Part shown: piece by piece, positions 8,902 through 17,219 of the stretch
How positions within the stretch are numbered: the first letter of the stretch is position 1
Layout of the letters: each line of letters opens with the position of its first letter
From: Methanosarcinaceae archaeon
Lineage (GTDB): Archaea; Halobacteriota; Methanosarcinia; Methanosarcinales; Methanosarcinaceae
DNA length: 51,178 nucleotides
Assembly: GCA_030611265.1 (NCBI GenBank)
Contig: JAUWQD010000016.1
Coordinates: 1 to 51,178 of the forward strand
Direction: 5' to 3'
Program-made: the position numbers and the translations under genes
Notes under the pieces: generated by a model
The model's database searches: none
What the model was told of the DNA's origin: nothing
What the model saw: only the letters and a program-made list of their open reading frames with translations

Positions 8902-10077
8902 ATGCCATCAGCAACAACCCTTGCCGCACAAGCACGCGGGTATGCAAAAGCTGCCAGAACATTGGAAGATGAGAACAATCTCAAAAATGCCCGTGAACTC
9001 TACCTCAAGGCAGCCAAGTTATACAATGATGCATCCAAGATCTCAACCGATAAGACTGATACCAACACCCAGCGCGACCTTGCTGAGCATCTTCTCAACA
9101 AAGCACAATCGCTTAAACGTACCAGTGTCCACCAGTCAGGCTCTGGTGTGAGCAGTAGAGATGGTGGTGGAGGCAGTGAAACGGACGAGTCTTCACTGTC
9201 AAAGGACGACCTGATCTTAAAAGAGATCCCGAACATAGGGTTCGATGATATTGGCGGTCTTGAATCTGTGAAAGAGGAGATCAAAAAAGCGATCATCTAC
9301 CCGTTCACCCACAAAGACCTGTATAAGATGTATGGACAGAAAGCAGGCGAGGGAATTCTCCTCTACGGTCCACCGGGATGCGGCAAGACGATGATGGCAA
9401 AGGCTGCTGCAAAGGAATGCGGCGCGGATTTCATTAGCGTCAAGACAAGCAGCATTGTGAGTAAGTGGGTCGGTGCGTCCGAGAAGAACGTCAAACAGGT
9501 GTTTGAGACCGCACGCCAGTCCGAAAAAAGCATTGTCTTTTTCGATGAGATAGATTCCATTGCCGGACGGCGCAGTGAGAGTGAGGACTACGCCAAGCGC
9601 GTGGTAAACGAACTCCTCGCCCAGATGGACGGCGTTGATACAGCCGATGACGAACTCCTGATACTTGCAGCAACCAACGAGCCGTGGGCAATTGACCCTG
9701 CACTCCGCCGCCCCGGGAGGTTTAGTAAACTTGTGTACATTCCCGAACCTGATCTCGATGCCCGCGCTGCGATCTTCAAGATTAATATGAAAGGGCGCCC
9801 GATTGCTGATGATGTTAACGTGAACCGACTTGCCGAGATCACAGAATCCTATTCCGGTGCGGACATTTCCGCTATCTGCAAAGAGGCGGCGGATATCCCC
9901 CTTGGTGAGGCACTTCGCGGTGGCGAGGCTCGGAAGATCGAGGAGCGAGATTTTGTTAAGGTGCTGAAAGGGAGGAAGCCTTCAATTTTGAGCTGGTATG
10001 TTGAGGCTCGGAAGGAGGTTAAGAAGAGTGGGGAAGAAGCTGTGTTTGATGGGATTGTTAAAAGCAGGGTTGATTAG
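8902..10077 (+). CDS. Vps4/CdvC-like MIT-domain AAA+ ATPase
   Basis: N-terminal roughly 75-aa three-helix MIT-like region. Linker, then AAA domain with Walker A GPPGCGKT, Walker B VFFDEID and ATNEPWAIDPALRRPGRF. Start taken at the ATG at 8902 (GAGGA ribosome-binding site 5 nt upstream) rather than 8890. Confidence 0.8.
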   Translation: MPSATTLAAQARGYAKAARTLEDENNLKNARELYLKAAKLYNDASKISTDKTDTNTQRDLAEHLLNKAQSLKRTSVHQSGSGVSSRDGGGGSETDESSLSKDDLILKEIPNIGFDDIGGLESVKEEIKKAIIYPFTHKDLYKMYGQKAGEGILLYGPPGCGKTMMAKAAAKECGADFISVKTSSIVSKWVGASEKNVKQVFETARQSEKSIVFFDEIDSIAGRRSESEDYAKRVVNELLAQMDGVDTADDELLILAATNEPWAIDPALRRPGRFSKLVYIPEPDLDARAAIFKINMKGRPIADDVNVNRLAEITESYSGADISAICKEAADIPLGEALRGGEARKIEERDFVKVLKGRKPSILSWYVEARKEVKKSGEEAVFDGIVKSRVD

Positions 10078-10080
10078 AAG

Positions 10081-12531
10081 ATGGGAATTGATGTAAAAAA
10101 ATCGAAATCCGAAGAAAATTTGGGTATTGGTTTAAGCACTGGAGCAATTGTAGGATTTATTATTGGTTTTATTGTAAGAACAATTGCTTTTAAAATATCA
10201 GTTGGATTAATTGTAGGATTAATTTGTAGTATAATTGCTAGTAATATTAGTGTTGATAGAAAAAATAGTCCACTATACGGTTTGGTTTTTGGTTCAATAA
10301 TTGGCGCCGTTTTGGGTTTATTTTTTGGATTGATTTTAGGATCAGTTTTTGATGTCATATATAATTTCAATTCAATAGTGTTTACTAATCTAATTTTAGG
10401 AGGGATTGTTGGCGGATATACAATCTTTAAAATATTTTACGACGCTAAAAAAAGAACAATTGAATATGAAAATGAAATTAGTGACAATATTGACATAAAT
10501 ATTGACTCTCAAAATCCATTTATACTTGGTGTCAATAATTCATTTGAAATAACAGTAAATAATGGAACTGAAATCCCAATTACAAATATTAGTCTAATAT
10601 CAAATTTTCCAAATTCCTTGATTTGCAATGAAACTCTTAAACCAATAGACATAGTTCCTGCGAAATCATCAGAATCAAAAACTCTTTTATTAACTCCAAC
10701 AGTTGCTGAAGAAATCGATTTGGGCAACCTTGCAGTGACACTTGAAATTGACGGTTATACTTATGAAAAAGAACCTGTTAAAATCGGTATTTTTGATGTG
10801 ATTCCACCTGAAATTAACATTCAAATAAATGTCCCCAATCAACTTAAAGTCGGAATAGAAAATCCAGTTAAAATTACAGTGAAAAATCAATCGGATGTAC
10901 TTCTATCCAATGTTCAAATTGAAACCAACTTTTCAAGACTAATAACATGTGATGAAACTATAGTGCACACTGATGATATCCCTGCAAATTCATCTGAATA
11001 CACAGCCATATTCATAACTCCAAGAATTGCTGATAAAATTGATTTGGGCAACCTCAATTTATCATTTGACATTAATGAAACCACATACAAAAAAGAACCA
11101 ATCGCAATGGGAATTTATGAAGCAGTAGAAGTAACATCACATAAACCCACAAAATATTCAGATGACATCAATTCAGACCTTTCGATATCCCGCGAAACCG
11201 AATTCTATCAAGGTTTTATCCGCTTCAAAATGTCTGTCACCAACACTTCATCCTTTGTAGTGAACGATGTTGCTCTCGATTTTGATTATGATCACAACTT
11301 ATTGCGAATTGATAGACGTGAACCTGATTACCAGATCAAAAATGGTAGAACAATATTTGGAAACATCTCATCCAATTCATCAAAAACGATTGCAGTCTAC
11401 TTTGACCCAATGATGTGTTCTAAAAGTGCAGATATCAACTGTCAGGTAAATTACAAGGATGCAAAAGGACAACCTCAAACTACACACATGGAGCCAAAAA
11501 AGATCAGTGTTGTTTGTCCGATAATGGAAACTGAATCTGATATAAACATCGGACGGCTCAAAGAGTTTATTGAAAAACTGTCATATCGGGACAGTAAAGT
11601 GTACCAAATTCAGAATAGTTTTGATATTGATGTGCTAAAAAACATTTCCCGGGAAATTGTGCAAAAGCATGATGTTAAGCATATACGGACGCTTTTCACT
11701 AAAGATGGAAACACATGCGAAATATGGTATTATGGCAAGACAAAAGTGCATAGCCATGATATTGTCATAAAAATTACAATTTTAAGTGAAACACAAAACA
11801 TTGAACTTTTTGCTGCAACTCAAACCGTGGAATCACTGGCCGGACTTCTGGCAGAGGTTGGGCGTGAGTTGAAAGGTGCGATTGAAAGTAAGGTTACTGG
11901 CAATGTCCAGCAGGTAATCAATGTTTCAATCAAGGATTCAATTATCCAGCGAAGTAATCTTTTGAGTTATTGTGATATTAACGGTAATTGCAGTGGTGAT
12001 GTTGTAATTGAAGATAGTTTTGTGCAGCGTTCGGATGTAGGCACTGTTAAATCTGAAAATGAAGACGGAGTAAAAGATATGGATAAATCTAAAGTACACG
12101 AATATTTAGTTAGTATCGTAAAAGATGGATCAAATATTGAAGATATCAAGATCGAATACGGCCAAGTTATAGAGTATTTTAATCTTGATGAGAAAAAAGC
12201 TATTTTCCCATTGCTTACCATACTTGATGAAATTTGTAGCGAAAATCATCACAAAAATGAGCCCTTTTTATCTGCGATTGTAGTAAGTCAAAGCAAAAAA
12301 GGACTTGTACGCATTCCTGGACCAGGTTTTTTTAAAAAATGGATGGTACCACCATATAGAGATTATGATGGTCCGTCCGATGGTCCAGAAGCCCACAAAA
12401 TCCACGAACAAGAACTTGAACGTGTGTTTAACTACTGGCACAACGACAATAAAAACTCATGCCCTGCATGCGGTGAGATCGTGCCGGATGGTGCGAAGTT
12501 CTGCATGGAATGCGGTACAAAAATTGAATAA
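10081..12531 (+). CDS. polytopic membrane protein with glycine-zipper TM helices, two ~110-aa Ig-like repeats, CARDB-like plus unknown domain, C-terminal zinc ribbon
   Basis: Four predicted TM helices rich in GxxxG. Tandem repeats (ITVNNGTEIPITNISLISNF... / ITVKNQSDVLLSNVQIETNF...). The module VNYKD...ISVVCPIM is homologous to the cytoplasmic module of the 4281..6518 product. Ends CPACGEIVPDGAKFCMECGTKIE. Confidence 0.8.
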   Translation: MGIDVKKSKSEENLGIGLSTGAIVGFIIGFIVRTIAFKISVGLIVGLICSIIASNISVDRKNSPLYGLVFGSIIGAVLGLFFGLILGSVFDVIYNFNSIVFTNLILGGIVGGYTIFKIFYDAKKRTIEYENEISDNIDINIDSQNPFILGVNNSFEITVNNGTEIPITNISLISNFPNSLICNETLKPIDIVPAKSSESKTLLLTPTVAEEIDLGNLAVTLEIDGYTYEKEPVKIGIFDVIPPEINIQINVPNQLKVGIENPVKITVKNQSDVLLSNVQIETNFSRLITCDETIVHTDDIPANSSEYTAIFITPRIADKIDLGNLNLSFDINETTYKKEPIAMGIYEAVEVTSHKPTKYSDDINSDLSISRETEFYQGFIRFKMSVTNTSSFVVNDVALDFDYDHNLLRIDRREPDYQIKNGRTIFGNISSNSSKTIAVYFDPMMCSKSADINCQVNYKDAKGQPQTTHMEPKKISVVCPIMETESDINIGRLKEFIEKLSYRDSKVYQIQNSFDIDVLKNISREIVQKHDVKHIRTLFTKDGNTCEIWYYGKTKVHSHDIVIKITILSETQNIELFAATQTVESLAGLLAEVGRELKGAIESKVTGNVQQVINVSIKDSIIQRSNLLSYCDINGNCSGDVVIEDSFVQRSDVGTVKSENEDGVKDMDKSKVHEYLVSIVKDGSNIEDIKIEYGQVIEYFNLDEKKAIFPLLTILDEICSENHHKNEPFLSAIVVSQSKKGLVRIPGPGFFKKWMVPPYRDYDGPSDGPEAHKIHEQELERVFNYWHNDNKNSCPACGEIVPDGAKFCMECGTKIE

Positions 12532-12567
12532 TACAACGATTTATCAACGACAGTGGTGAGTGAAAAT

Positions 12568-13422
12568 ATGGCATATACCAACCAATCAAAAGTCAATAAA
12601 GACTTAAATGAGTTCTTGCGTGAACTGAGCAGTGGAAGTTACAGAACACGTACAAGCGCCGCAATAAATATGTCAGTACTTGCTAAAAAAGGTGTTTACC
12701 ATAATAATGCTATCCAACCACTTGTCGATTTGTTGTCTGATAAGTATAAATCGGTGCGAAAGCAGGCGGCTTTTGCACTTGGAGATATTGCAGAATGTGG
12801 AGTTTGGGACAAAAATGCGATAATACCATTAAAGGAACTATTATCTGACAAAGATCATGAAGTGCGATGGAGTGCGACTTTTGCACTAAGGACACTTGCT
12901 AAAAATGATATTTTTGAACGCAACGCAATACAATGCTTTGAAAAATTATTGTTTGACAGATATCACCGTGTACGCTATAATGCTGCATTTGCACTTGGTG
13001 CTCTTGCAGAGCATGAAATTTGTTCTAAGTCTACACTATACCCTTTAATCACTTTATTAGCTGACCGCAACAGTATGGTACGTAGAAGTGCTGCTTTTTC
13101 AATTGGTTGTCTTGCAAATAATGATATCTTTGATTGTGTTGCCGTCAAACCATTGACTTATTTGCTGTCAGATAAGAATCATGTTGTCCGCAAAAATGCT
13201 GCACAGGCACTTACAGTGCTGAACGAGAAGGGTGCAGGCAGGGTCAATGAAAAGAATATGGTGCAACACATTCACTACGGAGATAACATTGGTACGCAGG
13301 TAAAAGATAGTTTTGTCTATAAATCCAGCATTAATGATGCTGCCAAAACGTGTCCTTCATGCGGACGCGAAGTTGGAGAGGATGAGCAATTTTGTACGGA
13401 ATGCGGGGAGAGATTAATATGA
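12568..13422 (+). CDS. HEAT-repeat (PBS-lyase-like) protein with C-terminal zinc ribbon
   Basis: Six repeats of the type PLxxLLSDKxxxVRxxAAFALGxxA. Ends HYGDNIGTQVKDSFVYKSSI...CPSCGREVGEDEQFCTECGERLI. Start taken at the ATG at 12568 with a GGTGA ribosome-binding site. Confidence 0.75.
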   Translation: MAYTNQSKVNKDLNEFLRELSSGSYRTRTSAAINMSVLAKKGVYHNNAIQPLVDLLSDKYKSVRKQAAFALGDIAECGVWDKNAIIPLKELLSDKDHEVRWSATFALRTLAKNDIFERNAIQCFEKLLFDRYHRVRYNAAFALGALAEHEICSKSTLYPLITLLADRNSMVRRSAAFSIGCLANNDIFDCVAVKPLTYLLSDKNHVVRKNAAQALTVLNEKGAGRVNEKNMVQHIHYGDNIGTQVKDSFVYKSSINDAAKTCPSCGREVGEDEQFCTECGERLI

Positions 13423-14603
13423 CCGACAACGAAACCGACCCAACGACCCTCCAGCAAACAAACCGCCAGACCGCAATCAACAACCTGCGAGATACGCATG
13501 CTGCAATTGAAAGACTGATGAATAAAACCTATCAGCAGCAGGATGTAACTGCAAGTTCAGCACTCCGCCAGATCAGGACAAAGGTAACTGCGCTGCTTTC
13601 AGACATGGAGAACATAGATCTCGATACATTCAGCGGACGGGAGGGGACACTGGATGAGTTCTACAACAATGAGGGACGTTTCATCGAAAGCTCAACCGGA
13701 CTGCTAATAACAGCCGAAGATGCTTTGGAGTCAAGCGAATCAGTCGATACATATTCAATCGAAAGTTCAGTCGATTCACTGGAGAAGAACTTCAACAACC
13801 GTATCGTCATCACAAAAAAGCATTTACAAGAAGATGAAAAACGACAAACAGAATCCCAGTCCCGGAAAGAAACGCCGGACAAGGAACTGGGCAGCAGCGC
13901 GCCGGATGCAGAACCAAAAACCGAATCGCCCGCGTGGCTTGATGATACAACTAAAGATTACGCATCATTAATACCAAAACTCTACAACTATATCAACACC
14001 CTTGAACAAAAATACACTCACTGTCAGCCTGAAGTTTCAAACAACGGTGATTATCTTGGAAACAAGACATGGAAAGTCGATCTCCTTGATTACGGTATTC
14101 GCGGCACAGTCAAAGATGGGGCATTCAAAATACCGCTTGTTTTTGAAACATGCTGGTACCCATTAAACAGTGTGCTGGAAGCCGCACAGTTTGTGCAGTC
14201 GCAGGCGAATGCGGTTGGCAAAAGCCAGTACAAGAGCCTGTGTCTTATCAACGATGTATGGAACAATGAAATCAAGGAGTGGGCTAAAGATTTTGTTCAT
14301 CAGCGCATGTCGCTGTTCTTGTATGAACTGGAAAATGACACGCTCACCTATAAAGACAAATCAGAAATCACAGAACGGTTCGAGTTCTGGCATTCCAATA
14401 CTATATTTAAAGCACCTATTGAAGAGGAGATGAAAATTCTTATCGAGAAAATGGAATATCTCACGGTAAATGATGTCATGGGAATGTTTGGGTTCAATAC
14501 AAAAGGAGCAGAGGCGTATCTCTATGACCTGATGAAAAAAGGAGAGATCCTTGACGTTGGGCTTGACAGTCCAAAATATACGAAGGTTAAACATCGTGAA
14601 TAG
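13419..14603 (+). CDS. hypothetical protein: coiled-coil N-terminus, acidic disordered middle, C-terminal winged-helix-like region
   Basis: 395-aa product. ATGA overlap with the upstream gene stop implies translational coupling. The C-terminal roughly 55 aa have a helix-turn-helix plus wing pattern. Confidence 0.6.
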   Translation: MTDNETDPTTLQQTNRQTAINNLRDTHAAIERLMNKTYQQQDVTASSALRQIRTKVTALLSDMENIDLDTFSGREGTLDEFYNNEGRFIESSTGLLITAEDALESSESVDTYSIESSVDSLEKNFNNRIVITKKHLQEDEKRQTESQSRKETPDKELGSSAPDAEPKTESPAWLDDTTKDYASLIPKLYNYINTLEQKYTHCQPEVSNNGDYLGNKTWKVDLLDYGIRGTVKDGAFKIPLVFETCWYPLNSVLEAAQFVQSQANAVGKSQYKSLCLINDVWNNEIKEWAKDFVHQRMSLFLYELENDTLTYKDKSEITERFEFWHSNTIFKAPIEEEMKILIEKMEYLTVNDVMGMFGFNTKGAEAYLYDLMKKGEILDVGLDSPKYTKVKHRE

Positions 14604-14681
14604 TAGTGGAAAATCATGCAAGAATTCAATGACTAATGACTACACATAAAATAATATCATATTCACGTTTGGTAGAATATT

Positions 14682-14972
14682 ATGTCCCTCACTGTTAATA
14701 TCAAAAATGAATTTTCCATACAGGAAGTAAGCGAAGTAATACACTCAGCATTAGCATTATATGAGCAGATCACAAAACACAAAAAAGGAAAATATGCAAA
14801 TATTTGCAGTGGTTTTGAAACTAAATATGGGATGAGTTCAGACATTTTCATGGAAAAATTTGAAATCGGTCAATTAGATGACCGTGATGATTTTTTTGAT
14901 TGGCATGCATCCAAAAAAGGACTTGATAACTGGAGTGAAAAGTTACAAATTTTATCAGGGATTAGCACATGA
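14682..14972 (+). CDS. hypothetical small protein
   Basis: 96-aa ORF downstream of the cluster. No recognisable motifs. Confidence 0.4.
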   Translation: MSLTVNIKNEFSIQEVSEVIHSALALYEQITKHKKGKYANICSGFETKYGMSSDIFMEKFEIGQLDDRDDFFDWHASKKGLDNWSEKLQILSGIST

Positions 14973-15173
14973 CCGTCCGTGAATACTATTCTCAAATTGA
15001 AGAAACTATCAAGGATTTTCAATCATTTTTCCATTGATTTTGATGAAATTATAGACTGATTCTAATTGCATTCCAGAAATGCACCCACACAAACAATATA
15101 AGACCGTACCAACATAACTACATCAGTTGCATCAAACACAACATATCATTACCAACTTCAAGGATGTGAAACA

Positions 15174-15842
15174 ATCAAGATACTTGCCATTTCTGACGCT
15201 CATGGAGACTATTCCAAAGTTGGACCTACCTTAAAACTGAAGCAGGTCAACGACATTGACTTGATCCTTATAGCAGGTGATATCACAGACTTCGGTCCGG
15301 ATGAATATGCAAAAAAGTTGTTAAACATGTTTAAAACACCCATAATGGCAATACCCGGAAACTGTGATCCAAAAACCATGCTCAAGGTACTGGACAATTC
15401 AAAAGCCATCAACCTTCACAACACATCCGAACACATCGGCAATATCACATTCATCGGTCTTGGAGGCTCGAATCCGACACCATTCGACACACCATTTGAA
15501 TTACAGGAAGATGAGATCGAAAGTAATCTTGAAAAATTGATCACGGAAGCGGAAAATGATCCAGACAACAGCACGATCGTACTGCTAACCCATGCGCCGC
15601 CATTTGGCACCGTTGACGAGATACCAATTGGACATGTCGGAAGCACTGCCATTGAGAAGTTTTTAGGTAGAGTTGACCTGATTGTCTGCGGGCACATTCA
15701 TGAAGCAAGAGGCATAATGAAAGTTGGCAAAACCGTTGTCGTAAATCCGGGAATGGTCTCTGAAGGTAATGGGGCAATAATAACCATAGCCGATGCAGGC
15801 AATGGAAACGTACAGATGAATGCTGAACTGATAAAAGCGTAA
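15174..15842 (+). CDS. calcineurin-like metallophosphoesterase, apparently lacking a canonical start codon
   Basis: Motif I ILAISDAHGD and motif II LIAGDITD lie upstream of the first in-frame ATG, GTG or TTG (the TTG at 15261). The position where M is expected in MKILAISD reads ATC at 15174. An AGGATGTGA ribosome-binding-like sequence is upstream. Confidence 0.55.
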   Translation: MKILAISDAHGDYSKVGPTLKLKQVNDIDLILIAGDITDFGPDEYAKKLLNMFKTPIMAIPGNCDPKTMLKVLDNSKAINLHNTSEHIGNITFIGLGGSNPTPFDTPFELQEDEIESNLEKLITEAENDPDNSTIVLLTHAPPFGTVDEIPIGHVGSTAIEKFLGRVDLIVCGHIHEARGIMKVGKTVVVNPGMVSEGNGAIITIADAGNGNVQMNAELIKA

Positions 15843-15942
15843 GACGTATAAAATTGACAAAAAGAGGGTTTGGGGGACAAACACAACGAACTGGATAAAC
15901 TATATTGGGCTCGATCCTGTATCAATTGATTTTCTCCAGAAA

Positions 15943-17181
15943 TTGGGATTGTCGTTTCTGATTGGGATTTTAATCGGCATCGAGCGAGAGCATCAAAGAG
16001 TGAGTAAAAAAATATTCGCTGGTGTCAGGACATTTGCCCTCGCATGTATAATCGGTATGATCGCAACGTTTACATCAGAACTGGCAGGTATTGAGATCCT
16101 GATCATCACTGCAGTATTTTTTGCGTTTTTATGTGCTACAATCGCATATGCGGCGAACATTGTTTATGAACAACCTGGCATAACAAGTCCGATCGCCCTT
16201 TTTTGCACCTTCCTGCTTGGAATACTGGTAGCCATGGATTACTATCTATTTGCGATCGTTGGTGCAGTCGTACTGACATTCCTATTGATCGAAAAAAAGC
16301 CGCTACATTCTTTTGCAGAACATCTCTCGGACAAAGAGATACTAAACGCCGTTCAATTTCTTGCAGTAGCATTCATCCTGTATCCAATCATGCCGGATGA
16401 GACGTTTTTTGGAATTGTGAACCCAAGATCTGCAATTTTGATCGTAGTACTTGTGTCATTGATAAGCTTTTCCAGCTACGTTTCCCTGAAAAAGTTCGGG
16501 ACAAAGGGAGGAATATCCTATTCAGGGCTGCTTGGCGGTTTTGTGAATAGCGAAGCAACAACAGGCGCTCTTTCTTCCATGTCAAAAAATCGACCTAACC
16601 TGACAAATGCGACTTACACAGGGATATTATTGTCCAATACTGCAATGCTGATCAGGAATTTGGTAATTGCCTTAATTGTAGACCCAAGCGGCAGGTTTGC
16701 ACTTTTGATGCTGCCACCGCAATTAATAATCATACTTGCCTCGTCGTTTATCGCCCTGATCAAAAGAGAATCATTCGACATCACCAATGAAACGCTTCAG
16801 ATCAATTCACCATTTGCACTTGGTCCGGCTTTTAAGTTTGGTGCAGGTTTCACCATAATCCTGATCATTGCAACAATTGCAAACGATGTTGCAGGTCCGA
16901 TTGGAATATACGCAATGGCACTTGGAGGATTTGTCAGCAGTGCAGCTGTCACAGTATCAATGGCAACACTTGCAGTCAATGGTAGCATATCGTTTTCGAC
17001 CGCAGCACAGGCAGCTGTTCTTGCAAGCATAGTTAGCACGTCTGCAAAGGTAGCATTAATAAAGATGTCAGGTTCTAATGAATTGTTTGTGCGAGCAAGG
17101 AATACGTTTGTGCTACTTGTTCTCATCGGAGCGGTCGCACTTGCAGGATGGAGCTATTACAGGCATCTGGGCGTATTTTGA
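15943..17181 (+). CDS. MgtC/SapB-family membrane protein with DUF4010-like C-terminal domain
   Basis: N-terminal IGILIGIEREHQ motif typical of MgtC-family proteins. Hydrophobic over its whole length. TTG start. Confidence 0.6.
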   Translation: MGLSFLIGILIGIEREHQRVSKKIFAGVRTFALACIIGMIATFTSELAGIEILIITAVFFAFLCATIAYAANIVYEQPGITSPIALFCTFLLGILVAMDYYLFAIVGAVVLTFLLIEKKPLHSFAEHLSDKEILNAVQFLAVAFILYPIMPDETFFGIVNPRSAILIVVLVSLISFSSYVSLKKFGTKGGISYSGLLGGFVNSEATTGALSSMSKNRPNLTNATYTGILLSNTAMLIRNLVIALIVDPSGRFALLMLPPQLIIILASSFIALIKRESFDITNETLQINSPFALGPAFKFGAGFTIILIIATIANDVAGPIGIYAMALGGFVSSAAVTVSMATLAVNGSISFSTAAQAAVLASIVSTSAKVALIKMSGSNELFVRARNTFVLLVLIGAVALAGWSYYRHLGVF

Positions 17182-17219
17182 TGCTCTTGTGGGATTGTCG
17201 GGTTTGATCTAAGGAGGAT

